Assembly (NCBI GenBank): GCA_963575745.1
Contig: CAUYUJ010000049.1
Location: forward strand, 62,001 to 119,062
Length of the DNA: 57,062 nt
Source: Prorocentrum cordatum
Taxonomy: Eukaryota
Direction: 5' to 3'
Below are positions 36,765 through 49,307 of the stretch, piece after piece (the stretch's first letter is position 1; every line of letters begins with the position of its first letter). The notes under the pieces were generated by a model. The model searched no databases, had not been told where the DNA came from, and saw only the letters and a program-made list of their open reading frames with translations. A program made the position numbers and the translations under genes.

Positions 36765-37126
36765 TCATCCCTCCGAACTCCTCTCCAGCCAGACGGCGGG
36801 CCTCAAGTCGAGCACCTTTGCGAACGAGGGCGGGCGAGGCCCTTGCACGAGGCGAGCCGAGCTCGCACACCTCCCTTCAAGGCAACTACTAAGACAGAAA
36901 TCTGGCACGAAAAACAGGGCGGCGGTGGGGGTAGTGGTGGTGAAGCTAGAACGGATGTTGTGCTGCCAGCGGCTGTTCCAATTTGCTCTCAAGGATTGCA
37001 GTGCAAGTGCAAGGCATCCCCCCGAACCCCTTTCTCCAGCCAGACGGCGGGTCTCAAGTCGAGCACCTTTGCGAACGAGAGCGGGCGAGGCCAGGGCGCG
37101 AGGCGAGCCGAGCTCGCGCGCCTCCC
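36765..37126. repeat. ~110-bp direct repeats (36765-36875 and 37015-37126), split-direct-repeat type terminus
   Basis: ctccagccagacggcgggYctcaagtcgagcacctttgcgaacgagRgcgggcgaggcc present in both. Confidence 0.9.
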
Positions 37127-37224
37127 TAAACTGATGGACTCCAGGACCACCCGATCAGCAGCCTGGCCCTGATAGGGCCGCAGATAATCTCTTCTCGAAC
37201 GACATGGTTTTCGAGGAGGCCCAC

Positions 37225-37920
37225 GCATTGCAAGAAAATGCACGCCAATGCTTTGCGCTGATCAGTGAAATAAGGTTCGGCAATCTTGGAAATGAGCACC
37301 CCCTTGTCGTCTTTCCCCTGGATCGGAACGCGCGGCTGGCCAGTGCACTTGCAGAGGCCCCGCCCGGCACCGAGGCAGCGGGCGCTAGCGAGAGCCTCCA
37401 TGCACAAGCCAGTGCCGAGGAAGCCGGTCGACTTCCTCCACTCACGCGCAGAAGTCGGTGATGGTGAAATCGATCTTCCTGGACTTACGTAACCTCTGCA
37501 TGGCGGGGCAAAACCAGATGCGACTACGGGCATGATGTTCAAGAGCGGCAGGAGCGTCTAGCAGCATGGCCGCGCGCATCACGGCGACCGAGAAAAACGC
37601 GAGCAGGTTGCCGGCGCGAACCTTGCCCGCGTCGCCGGCGCTCAGGTTGCCCAGGCCCATGGGCGAGGAGTCCGACCTCAGGGGAAGCGGGCCCGGGGGC
37701 GCATCTCGCGCCCGAGAAAAGTAAGAGCGCGGCGTGCCCAAGTGGACGCCGATCACGATGCCCGAGAGGATCCAGCCGCCGATGAGGCCCCGGCTCCGAG
37801 CCAGACGAAGGTCGCAATCAGCAGCCGAGCCCACATCCCAGAGCAAAACATTCACGCAGTCTTGCGAGACCGCTTTGCCGAGGCGCCCGGGCCCCGAGAA
37901 GATTTCGAGAAAGGAACGGA
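37225..37920 (-). pseudogene. C5 cytosine DNA methyltransferase-like domain (inactivated)
   Basis: FLEIFSGPG (motif I), GTPR where PC is expected (IV), LEHH where EN is expected (VI), WRKST (VIII) after a frameshift at ~37445. Confidence 0.7.
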
Positions 37921-37929
37921 CCTGGGGCC

Positions 37930-38778
37930 GGGGGCCGCCGGACAGGGCCGGCCGCGGACGATGGCGCCCAGCGAGCGCTCGCAGCGCACCGCGCGGGCGC
38001 GGAGGTCCTCGGGCAGCTTGAACAGCGCCTGGCCGATCCGGCTGCCCTTCTCGTAGCGCCTGACCGAAGCCCGCGAGCGCCAGCGCTCTCGGCGCCGCGC
38101 GCCCCCCAGGGCCCCGAAGCCCCAGGCGGAGTCGTGCGACGCGCCGCCGTGCCTGAGCTGGCGCAGGTGGACGTCGCCGAGGTACTCGTCCAGGCCGAGG
38201 CTCCGCGCGACGCCGGTCACCGCAGTCACCGCGTCCACGAAGCCGAAGTCGAAGACCGGCGCCCCCGGGCATCGCCCCCGACACGGCGCCTTCAGCGCCG
38301 GGCCGAGAGGGGCGCGGCGTTCGAGGTCCAGCCGCACCGACTCGTCGAACTCGTCGGTCTTGGACGACCTTCCGACCTCCAGCGCGTGCAGCGTGATGGC
38401 CCAGCACGGAGCGCTTGCCGCGCCCGGCACCGGCGGTGCCAGGTCCGCCGCCCTCGCGCCGAAGATCTCCCCGGGCCGGAGGTGCTGCTCGAAGATCACC
38501 GCAGGCGCCAGCACGCGGTCGCGAAGCCCCAGCCGCGCCAGCTCGTCGGCGACCAGGGCGGCCGCTTCGAGCGGGAGCGGCAGCCGCGACTGCGGCGGGG
38601 CGCGGCGCCTGAACCCCTGCAGGGCCCGGCGGCCGCGCGGCGCCCGCGCGCCCGCGGACTTCTGGTGCCCCGTGAAGAAGGTCACCGCCGCGAAGCCCCA
38701 CTGGGCCGAACCCGAGTTCTCGCCGCCGAGGCACGGGGCGTTGAGCCAGTCCACCAACTGCGCGCCCGCGCCTGTCAA
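37930..38778 (-). pseudogene. Tyrosine recombinase
   Basis: HLRPGE (R), SKT (K), QLRHGGASHD (HxxR region), RW, VRRYEK (catalytic Y). Confidence 0.85.
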
Positions 38779-40241
38779 GAGCGCCCTTGCAGGGGGGCGC
38801 GGGCGCGGGGGTGGGCTTCAGGTTTCCAAGACCTCCACATGGCAATTTTTATATATGAAAATACAGTAGCGATGATGAATGGAAGCGGTGAGCCTGGAGC
38901 TCTCGCGACGCAAAAACTCAAAGCGCCCCTTTCGCTAACAATATATCAGAAACAGATCCGCATGGCGATGTTGCACGATTGGGCAAACGCACTAAGGGCT
39001 GACACAATGGCGCGCCGTCGCGCGCTAGAATCGCTTCCGGCGCACGTTCAACGCGCCGAACGAAACCACTCAGAAACACATGTGACAGGCAGCCGCCGAT
39101 GAACTTTCGCGCGGCTGAACGCTGGGAAGGGCGCCTCAGCAGCGCCGAACGCAATGCAAAGCATTGCCTGCTCTGGGCCGCGCGCAGACAACGCGCGCTA
39201 GTTTTGCCCAGGGCCGCCGCGCATCCAATGCGAAACACTATGGACGCACGAAGTCTTGGAGGTCGCGCCTCGCCAGGCGCGCTTCGAAGATGAGCTGCGC
39301 GCGGTCTGCGAAGGCGCCGCCGCGCGCGCTGTCGGTGGCAATTGCGCCAGACAAGGCGCCGCCCGCACGTGCGCTCGGATATTTGCGTTCTGATGCGCGC
39401 ACCGTGCCCCGATGCGAATGCGATCTCTCGCTTCTCGGGCCGCGGCGCCGAGCGCCGCGCGCGCCGCCGCCTGCGCGCCATTGACGGGCTCGGGCCAAAA
39501 TGGCAGCAGACCCCAGAGTGGAGGGCCAGAAAGAGCGAAGAAGGCGCGGAGGAGGAAGGGGCGCCCTACGACCCCGGGGCCACTGGGGTTGGGTGGGCAC
39601 TCATTCGTTGGACAGCCCAGCCCCTGGGGCCCTGGGGCCACTGGCATTGGGTGGAAGCCCCCCCCCCCCCCTTTCCCACTTAATCACTCCTTTTTCCCCT
39701 GCGTCTCCCTTCTCCACCATCTCCTTCTTTTCGCCGCCCGCGTGCCTCCATCATCTCAGCCTCCGCCCCCTCATCGTTCCCCCCCTTCCCCCCTGGGCCC
39801 CCGCCCCCCCCCAGTCAGATTTTCGGTTAGCTTGGCCCAAGACGTCTGTAGCACGGATTGCTTCTGTCTGCTACTCTATCTGCTGCTAACACATGCCTGC
39901 AATCTACCTGGATTCTGACTCTGGTCCTCCTGGCTTGTAAGAAGGATCGCCTTCATTAACACACACAGCTAAGACAACAAACATCAGAACTAGCTACCGT
40001 TCCTCGGACCCTAGTCGAGCAAAGCAATCATTTTGCCCTAAGGGTACTCAAAGAAATCGACGAAAAGCTTATCGATGTTGAAATAGTCAATGAACGGCAA
40101 CTTCTTGCTTGAAATATAGCCATATCTGGTAACATTGCCCATCAAACCATGAGCCGTAAGGGTAAGATCATAGTCTGTTCTGTCCTGTCTGGGTCGTCTA
40201 ACTTCAGAAAGATGCGGAGTGCGTAATCTGTCCTCTGTGAC

Positions 40242-42896
40242 TCAGTCCATATCCTGTAGCCTGGTCGCCATGCACACCGATGGAGATTCTGCCCAAGAAG
40301 GTTTCATGCTGATCAGGTCGCCCTCGGTCACCGTCACTGCTGGAGCATCGATGGTTGCCACCAGGCACTCGATGCCCTTGGTCTCCACACGCCAGTAGCC
40401 GTAGGTCAACAGATCGTAGAGGATCTCCGATATCATGCTCTTTGTCAATCCGTCTGCAAACATGGCTGAGGTAGGACACCAGAAGAAACGCCTGATGTAG
40501 CCACGAAGCCGATCTTCTCGTATCGATAGCAGGTATAGTCGCTGATGTCGATCTTGAGGCACGCCCTTGAGGCCGACGCTGAGCTCGAAGAAATCTCTGC
40601 AATCTGTCCCGTGGTCGATAGGTATCATGAACTCAGCGTGATCCTGGATCTGAATCAGCTGCGCCATCGTGCTGCCTTCATGTAGAGGAAGTTGGATGCC
40701 CGGAGCAAATAACTCCGTCAATCGCATGGCAATCATCTGTGCAAACTCTTTGCCAACTACGCCTGCCGACGTCTCAGCCCGTGACGTGCTGCCTGAAACT
40801 CGTTTGGCCTTGTGAGATAGCGAAGCTATGATGTGGCAGAACTTGCTGAGCTGCTGCTTGGAGTCGCACACCTGCTGGTAGTGAATCGACGTCGTCGGCG
40901 CAACCTGCACGCGCTTGTCCGAGCCCAACAAGATAAGCACTGCCTCTTGAGCGTAAGAGCTTCCTGAGGTAGCTCCACTTGAATCTGCCACCGTGTCTAT
41001 CACGAATGGTGGAGAGATCTTCGGAAAGTAGAGCCCCACGTTTGCCGAGTACTTCTTCACACGAGCTAGTAGAGTGTTGGCCATCTTGATGTGCTTGATC
41101 GTTGCTGATGCCGTATTCTGCTGGATAATGACCGTATCTGCAATCGCGTCCAGTCGTGTCTGACATAACCACAGCAAGCCGCCCAGGAGTCCGCGAAATG
41201 CCTTGAGCTCCGTGGAAGTAAGTGGAGAGTCGTCCTGAGCTGCTCGAAGCTTGCCGAGAGGAGCTGGCCGGAGGTTCTGGCAGAACTCATCCTGAGACAT
41301 TCGAATGCCGAAGTCGGTCTGATCATGTCTGACTCCCACGTGGTTCATAGGTGGTTGCTGTCTGGTAGCTCCTCCAAATATATCCGAGAACTTGCTGTAA
41401 GACTTGTTGAGCCACTCGTTGCTGCTCGCGTTGTTGTTGTCGTCAACATAGGAGGTCGCAATTGCCTTGAGTTCTCCTGGGGATTCCATCCAGAAGTAAA
41501 AACAGTCGTCGAAAGCCGAGGGCCTGCCGCCAAGCGTCTCTATCATGCAGATCTGCATGACCACCTGGAATGCCAACGGTGCGTCGTTCAGACCATACAT
41601 TGCTTTGAGACACTCCAGAGCCCGCATGTTCCAACTGCCTTGCTGCGAGGGGACGTGATACGTCTTGGGGTCGATGTTCCTAAGATGTCGCCAGACGTTG
41701 GCCGGTGGAATGATGTACACCTGCCGCTCTGGAGTCTTGATGCCGCGCTTGCGCAAGACCTCGTACATGTCCTTGAAAGGTAGTCCCTTCAAGAAGGCGC
41801 CCGTGACGTCCCAGCTTTCGATGGTGAAATCATATATCGCTGCCAATGAAACCAGAAGCCGCTGTGACAACCGAGTCGCCGTCGTAGCTCGCTTCGAAAG
41901 TGATGCACCTTGACCGTCAAGAAAGCCTCTGGCGCACAGTCTGCTCTTGACGATCCACTTCATCTCGTTGCCAACCTTGATCTGCTTCCACTTGCGGACC
42001 CAGACGCAATCAACTGGATCCTGCTTGCACTTGCTCATGGGTATCGGTTTCCACGCAATCGCCTCGACGAGCTGCTTGATCTCCTTGAGGTCTGCTGCCT
42101 CGACCAGGTCGAAGTGTTCCACCACGTCGTTCGGCTTCAGGATGAGCGAGTCCGAGGCCGATGCGAAACACTCGCCAGTGAGGATGTCGAGATAGAAGCA
42201 ATGATCCTCGAGGAACGGTCCATCAAAGGATATGTAAGCTTGGTTGCGTGTCCAGCTGCTTGGTAATTCGTCGCCATCAGTGAGATTGAAACCCTCGATG
42301 TCTGAGCAGAAGTGTTCAGCTATGAGTGCCTGCTGCTCCGTCATACACTTGTGGTACTCGCCCCCGTAGTCCTTGAGCTCGGGAACTAAGTCGATGCGCT
42401 TGGTGAAGTACTGCTGGTGCTCAATCAACTCCTGCCAAGCTGAGCAGTATAACACTTCAGACGATCCAGAGTAAAGGTCCTCACGCTTGATGCCATGGGC
42501 AGACCGAGACCTATCATCATGTTCAGGGTTGTAGTCGATGGTCTTGTCTTCGTCGTCGTCCCGAGGCTGCTGCTGAGGATGCTCTATCGTCGCGTCCGGT
42601 GAGCTCTGCTGCAATGGAAGGTGAACCGATCTAGACCGCTCGTCGTCGTGCTGAAGATACTCCAGAGTCGGCTCTGCAGCTTCAGCTGCTTGGCCAGAGT
42701 GAGATGGATACTCAATAGTAGGTTGATCAACTGCTTCTTGTACTTGCTCTGGTGGAGCTGGATATTCAATGGTAGGTTGTTCCGCTGCATCCTGTGCTTG
42801 ATTCGTGTCCGTGTCGAGCCTGCAAGACCTGCTCCGATCGTGGTCATCGACTGGGTCGGTGCCTTCACCTTGAGTTGCTTCGGCAATAGGCAACAC
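40242..42896 (-). pseudogene. Copia reverse transcriptase and RNase H
   Basis: VWVRKWK, KSRLCARGF, WDVTGAFLKG, KAMYGLNDAP, SYVDD; RNase H ADSS, RAE, TDCRD, MFADGLTK. In frame with upstream ORF 42933-43604 across a single TGA. Confidence 0.93.
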
Positions 42897-43599
42897 AGGA
42901 CCCTGCTCGCCCGACGATGCTGCCGCCTGTGATCAGCTCGATGGTGCTGAAGATGAGCTCGTACCTGGATTGTCGAACTTGACGCGCCGATCTCTTCGTT
43001 CACGCGTGCCACGTTTCAGGATGGATGTCTGTGTCCGAGATCTGTCGTCGTCACGTTCACGCGCTTCTGCCTCTGATGCCACAGGGTCTGATGTAGACGC
43101 GTCCATGCCCACTGGTGAGTCAGGAAGCGCCACTTGCCGCCAGTCCGGTGATGCTGGAGCCTGAGGTGCTGGAAATATCGGTGTCGTTGGAATCTGCTGC
43201 GGAGGTGCAGCTGCCTTTGGCGAAGTCGGTGTCCGACTTGGCGCTGGTCGTCGCGGAACAAACTCTTCATCAGATGTGCTGATATCGTGATCTGCCACCA
43301 CAGCTCGCTTTTGTCCACCGTCTGGCACAGGTCGACCTGGACGATCGTCTGGAGGTCGAGGAGGCGCAGGTGGCGCCAAGATAGAGGTACCAGACCTTGA
43401 CACTGTCTCAAGCGTGCTATCCATGTGCTGCGACTGGTCATTCGGTGAGAAAGCCGAACGTGGTAGCACTGGCTGTTGAGGTATCTGTGGTGGTCGTCCT
43501 GGAGGCTGTGGTGGTTGAGGAGGCTGCGGTGGTTCGCCTGCTTTCATGACCGTGTCGTCGTAGCCTGGAGGCTTCCACCACTCCGTCGGAGTCGGTGAT

Positions 43600-44835
43600 G
43601 GCAAATAACTGCGTAGGAGGTGTCCAGGGCGCGTCGTCTATCCGCTCAATGCTCGAGATGTCCGAAAGATCTGGTACTGCGTCCTGAACAACCGTGTCCT
43701 CGTACTGCTCTGAGGCATAGATGATGAACGAGTAGCTGCTCGGCGCGTCTGGCAAGATAGTCGCCAGCCGGAGGGTATGTCCCAGGTCTACTTGTCGTAC
43801 TTGATAGCTGAGTCGATCTCGTCGAACCCATGCTAGGATAACTCCTCGATTGATGCCGTGATAGGTGTTGATGTTGTGCAGTTGCGTGCCGAACCTGATG
43901 GCCCTTGGAGCCGCCAGCTGTAGCAGAACCTCGCCTACTTGAGCTGCCAGACGAAAGACCTCGGGAGTGTTGACCTCGAAGTCGTTCGGCACAACAATCT
44001 GCATGCCGTTGGCGTCGTGGACCATTCCAACCGTGATCGTGGTGCCTGGTGCCTGGCCATCAACGATGTCAAGTAAGCCATGCAGTGTCGTGTACATATC
44101 GTCATGCATGTTGTCCTGCCATATGCCTTCCCCGTCCATCAGCATGTGAGTCGGTGGGCACGCCACTGTGACTGCATACGATCGTGCCTGATGTGGTCGC
44201 ACATGCCTGAGCGGAACGATGCATGGCATGGACTGGTGTTTGACGATCGCCACGTTCTCCTTCAGGTTGATGTCCAGAAGGTCGCACGGTCCTCTCCACC
44301 CGGGCGCGTCCTTGCGATCAGGAACTCGGTACAGATCAACGAAGTCCTGCAAGGGTCGTAGCTTAGCCACGTCTGAGAGGATCTGCACCTTGGTGTTGTT
44401 AGCCTCCGCGATGCGCTGCTCGATGACTGCCTTCTGAACTGCCGCCTTGGCCATCATCCTGAGCCTGAGGTAGGACTCGAAGGTGTCTGGTGTCGTGTCA
44501 CGCGCGCCGTCGAATGTCCTCGTCGGGAACCACGAGACCTTGCTTGGCCGCACTGGCCTTGCACTTCAACGACGATGTCTTGATGAGGCCGATGTGTCGT
44601 TGTGCAAGCCCCGTGACTGTGTGCTTGCCTGAATCGTCCGAGCCACCCAGTTGTCTGTGTATGCTGCAGCGGTCGCACACCACTGCAAAGTCGTCTGAGC
44701 GAACGCCGCCTTCTTGATCGAACTTGATGCACTTGGGGGGTCCGAAGTACCGAAACCAAGCTCGTAGCATCGCCTGAGCTATGTGGAACGCGTCCTTCTT
44801 GGGTAGTACTTCGGCCAACTTCCATCGGATCGCCC
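43600..44835 (-). pseudogene. Copia integrase core and C-terminal region (frameshifted/deleted near 44510)
   Basis: AWFRYFGPPKCIKFDQEGG, TGLAQRH, VDLYR...GWRGP. Confidence 0.8.
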
Positions 44836-45699
44836 CGTCGGCAAAAGGCGGCAACAAAGGCGCCCAGGCCCCCACGTCGCGTCGGCTCACGCGGGGCAAC
44901 AGCATTCTTTCGCGCAGCGCGATCGCAAGTGGCGACGGGCAAAGCCGCCGCGGGGAAGGGCCACGGCTCCGCGAGCGGTGGCAAGAGCGCGCAATGGTCG
45001 GGGAAGCGCTGGAACAGCTGGGGCTCGGCGGGCGATCACCGCGGGCACAGCTGGGGCGCAGCGGATCGCGGCGGGGAGGAGACTCGCAGGCCGCGCACGC
45101 CCAAGGCCGTCAAGAGGGCCCGCCCCTAGCGCCGCAGCTCCTGGGCGCAACAAGAGCAGCGGGCGCGCAGAGCGCGCGGTCGCGCGCGGGCTCGCGTGGT
45201 GTCAAGAGTGACAGCGCGGGAGCCAAACAATAGTCGGCGCGCGGCGCATGCGAATTTAGCCGAACAGTAATCGGCGCGATGCCTTCTCAATCTTCGCAAC
45301 CTTCGCAAAGCAATGCGGCGCGTTGCTTGGCCTGGTGCGCGCCGAAATTGCGCGGGCACTTACGCAGCCGACAGCTCGGCTCGCGCGCTTCATCATATTG
45401 CAGCGGCCGCCGCAGACGCGGCTTGTTTCTCGCGCTCGCGTTCATGTCCGTTGTTCAGCTTTCGCTGCGCTCCGACGCGTTCGAGGCTACTTTGTTCGTC
45501 GCGTCTACTTGCAATGCGAGGGCGGCTGCCGCAGCCTCCACCAGCGCCGCCGTCGGGGCGTGTTCCTGCGCCGCCAGCTCCCCCAGCACGGCGGCGCTCA
45601 CGGTCTCGCGGCACGTCCTCGACGAAGGCCCCCGCGCGCATCGCGCGGCCGCATTGTCGCATGTCGCACTCCGCTTTGCAGGCGGCGACCGACTGGACC

Positions 45700-47693
45700 G
45701 CTCGTGCGCCTCGCCAGGTGGAGGCCGACGATGTGGGGAAGCTGCAATTCGTCGACGACGCGTGCCGTGAGCAAGTCGATTTCGAGCCAGCCGTCGACGT
45801 CAGCGCAGACGTCTGGGCCGCAGTGGACTGGGTGAATGCGCGCCAATCGGACCAGATTAATGCCGAACGCGAGCGCTTCATCTGCGACATTGACGCTGAG
45901 GTGCGGGCGCTGCACGCGTCGGGCGACGTGGCCCGCTGGCATGTAGGTGCCGATGCAGGCGTGCGCAAGGTGGCGACTGGCGCCAACGGCCCGTTAATGG
46001 AAGCGCTCGCCGCTCGTACCGATTTCCAGGGCGCCGCGTGCATCGAATTCTTTCGCCGCGGCGCGCCAGCGGTGGGCCCGCCCCCAGTCTCGGGAAGCGG
46101 CGTGCCTGTGCAACGTCCCGACGCGCAGCCGGTCTCAACCGCGCTAAGGGGCGCCGCTCAAGCCAACCGCGCGTTGCTGGCGCCCCTCAAAGAGGACGCT
46201 CATTCCGCGACGCTGCTGCAGCAGTCTTTCAAAGAAGCGCGCATGGGTCGCGTGACCCAGCCTGTCACGGCTGAGCAGGCCGACCTTAGTGCAAACGTAT
46301 TGTCGCCGCGCTTCGGGGTTGTGCAAACGCGGTCCAATGGCGACATACGCGTTCGGGCTGTTGACAATCTAACTCGCGCGAAAGTAGACGGGTGCACCTC
46401 GGCAGGCGAGAAGTTTCGCCCCGAGTCCATCGATGCGCTGTATCGCGTGGCGAGGGGCGTGGCGCAGGGCACGCGCGAACGCATCATGTTCTACAAAGCC
46501 GACATTGGCTCGGCCTTCCGTAGGCTGCCCGCCATGCCGATGCATCGCCGGTTCCTGTTCTTCGTTTTCCTCGCGCAGGGCGTGGCCCATGTGGCAGGGC
46601 ACCTGGCCATGCCCTTCGGCGCCGTCGCGTCCGTGCATGCGCGGGAGAGGGTCGGCGCGCTCAGTTCGCACCTTGTGCGTCGCCTACTGTTCATTCCGAT
46701 GCTGCGTTTCGTCGATGACCTCTTTGGCGCCGAGCGCGCGGCATGCGCCGAGCACGCGCTCGAGTGCATCGTGCGGCTCGTGCGCTGCATCCGCGGCCCT
46801 TCTGCAATCGCGGCGGACAAGGTCGCCGCGGGCATGCCGCTTGTCGTCCTGGGCCTTCAGGTCCGCGCAGACCACGGCGGTTTCTCGTGCACCCCCTCGC
46901 CCGACAAGGTCAAGAAGTGGCGCGGTCGCATTGGCGACGCGCGTTCTAAGGCGTTTTGCGGCCGGGGGACGCGGCAAAGCTTGCGGGCGCCCTGATGTGG
47001 GCATGCTCGGGCATGTTCCATGGCATAGGGCGCGCGCTCATCTGGCCCCTGTTCGCCCACTCGAAGCAGCGCGGCGTGGTGGTGCCGCAGCAGCTGCGCG
47101 TCGCACTCGAATGGTGGGCAGAAGTCTTAGCGCTGGAGCTCTGCGAGACCCGTGTCTGGGCACCAGACCAGCGCGAGGCAGCGCAGCTCTTTGTCGACGC
47201 GCGCAGCACGCCGCCCCGCGTCGCGGCTGTGCTCTTCCTCGACGGGCGGGCCTCCTACTCCGATTGGGCTCCCCCCGATTGCGTTCTGCGCCATTTCAAG
47301 CAGAGGGGCGATGCGCAGATTATGTCCCTCGAGCTTCTAGCGATCGCGTTTGGCCTTTCCACGTTCAGCGACGCGCTCGCGGGCAGGCGCGTGCGCCTCT
47401 GGTCTGGCAACGTCGGTGCCGAGGCCGCCACGCGGAAAGGCGCCTCCAAAGAGTGGGACCATACGTGTCTCATCAATTCGTTGTGGCTGCAGGCGGCGCA
47501 ATTGCGCGTCTCGCTCCGCGTCGACCGCGCCCCCATCGAAGCTTCACGTTGCCGATTGCCGTCGCGGGAACAGTGCTGGCTCCTTCGCGTGATCGGCGCT
47601 TCTTTCGTGCAGCCGCGTCGTAGCGAGGCATTCTGGAAGCCCGACACCTGGGCATCTCTTTCGGCTGCGCGGGCGCCGCTGCGCCGCGCGTGA
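45700..47693 (+). pseudogene. DIRS-type reverse transcriptase and RNase H (frameshift ~46950)
   Basis: SPRFGVVQ..RAVDN, KADIGSAFRRLP, AMPFGAVASV, RFVDDLFG (~46708), VLGL; RNase H LFVDAR, IMSLELLAI, SGN where SDN is expected, LPSR. Confidence 0.9.
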
Positions 47694-47885
47694 GCGACTG
47701 TCGGCCGACAGTTCGGCTTGCGCGCCAAATCCCGTTGCGTCGGCGTGCGTGTCAAAATGATGTTTTATTAGATTTCGTGTTGCGTCCGCGTTGGTCGCGC
47801 GTAGCGCAGCCGCTCCACGTGCGCTCGGCAGACAAGGCTCGGCGGCAGAAGGATTGCTTGGCGCGCGCCGACCGTCGAAACGGCA

Positions 47886-49307
47886 ATGGCCGGGCACGCC
47901 GCTTCCATGCGAGTCTTCCTGGAGAGAGCCGCAGGCCCTGGCAGGCACGACGCGGCGTGGTTCGATGCGATCGCGGCGGCGCTCGCTGCCGAAAGCGCAT
48001 CGCGCCCGTCCGCGCTCGCTGGGGCCAAATTCAGAGACTTCCAGCTCCTGGGAGCGGACCTCGACGGCGGCCAAAAGCGGTGCATTCGGGAAGCTATCGC
48101 ACTCGCGACAAGCGTTCAGGATCGCGCATTTCGCGCCGCGAACCAGCTGCATCGCGCCCGCGCGCGCGCAGGAGGTGGAAGACCAAGTCCAGAGGCCAGC
48201 GCCGACGCGGGCGCAAGCCGCCGGGGGCGTTGCCGTCGAAGCTCCCCTCGAGTCAAAGGCTGCGGAGGCGCAGGGGGCCCGCGCGCCGCAGTGCGGCGGG
48301 GGCCCGCGCGCGGAGCTCCGCAATCTTCGCCGGCGGCTCGACGGCGAGGAAGGCCCAGTGTGCGTCGCTGAGTGGCTGTCTTTGGCGCGCGCATCGGCCC
48401 TCCTGGGCGCATGCCCGCGCTCCATCGCCTCTTTCAAGAGCGGCGTGGCAGCATGGTTCGCGTTCGCGCGCGAGGCTCTTGCGCTGCGCGGGCGCGAGCT
48501 GCCGCCGTCCGCTGACGGGTTGCTCGCGTGGTCGCTGCTGTTTCGCTCCGACTAGACTTTTTCCAAGTATGTCTCTCAAGTCAAGCTGGCTTGTCAGGTT
48601 TGCGGTCTCCCTGTAGACGTTTTTCGTGACGCGCCCCTTCGCCGTGCAAAATGGGCGATTCGCGAGCGCGGCGCTTTCCTGCCCAGGGCGCCTCTATTCA
48701 TCAGGGAGGGCGCAGTTTGCGCGCTGCTAAATCTGGCAAAAGAGCGGCACGAGTCCGCCGTCTTCGCGCAGCTCTTTCTTGTCACGTACGTGTTTCTCTT
48801 GCGCCTTCCCTCGGAGGCCCTGGGCATTTCGTTCGACGGCGTAGCCTTTCGTCAGGGCGCAGGGGCTTCACTCATTCTGTGCGACGGCCTCCTGCAGCTC
48901 AAATTGGCGCGCCGCAAGAACAGCAAATTCGGGTCCGTGCTCCAGCGGGCGTGCTGGTGCGCGCGCTGCACCAAGACGCGCCCGGTCCACGCGCTCGGCG
49001 CATGGTTCGCGGGCCTGCCCGTGGGCCCCCGGCCGTTCGCGGACATTAGCGCGGCAAGCTCGCTGAGCACGCTGCGCTTTCTCCTCGGCCAGCTCGGCGC
49101 CAAAGACGCGGCGCTCTATCGCACGCGCGACCTGCGGCGCGGGCACGCACTGGACCTCCAGCAGAGGGGGGGGCACCTTGCGCGAGATCCTTCGAGCGGG
49201 CGAATGGCCCTCGCCCGCGCTCCTGTCGCATCTCGATATGACGCAACTAGAACTCGGCGCCGTGGTCGAGGGGCACCTGGCTGAGTCCGAGGACGAACTT
49301 GCCTAAG
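47886..49307 (+). pseudogene. Tyrosine recombinase (stop at 48553, frameshifts)
   Basis: FLLRLPSEAL (R), RRKN (K), CWC, RDLRRGHA, then LREILRAGEWPSPALLSHLD in another frame. Confidence 0.85.

Larger units (their letters stand above)
36765..38780 (-). mobile_element. 3' remnant of a tyrosine-recombinase (DIRS-order) retroelement carrying a cytosine-methyltransferase-like domain
   Basis: YR followed by DNMT-like domain and a pair of ~110-bp direct repeats; 5' part (gag, RT) absent. Confidence 0.8.
39815..44835 (-). mobile_element. 5'-truncated Ty1/copia-type retrotransposon (integrase core, RT, RNase H, 3' UTR/probable LTR)
   Basis: IN before RT-RH on minus strand. The 3' boundary is inferred from composition only. 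Confidence 0.88.

Noticed and set aside
37930..49307. Prophage or bacterial integrative element suggested by two tyrosine recombinases
   Set aside because: The recombinases are tied to RT/RNase H or split direct repeats, in a microsatellite-rich eukaryotic context with no phage genes.
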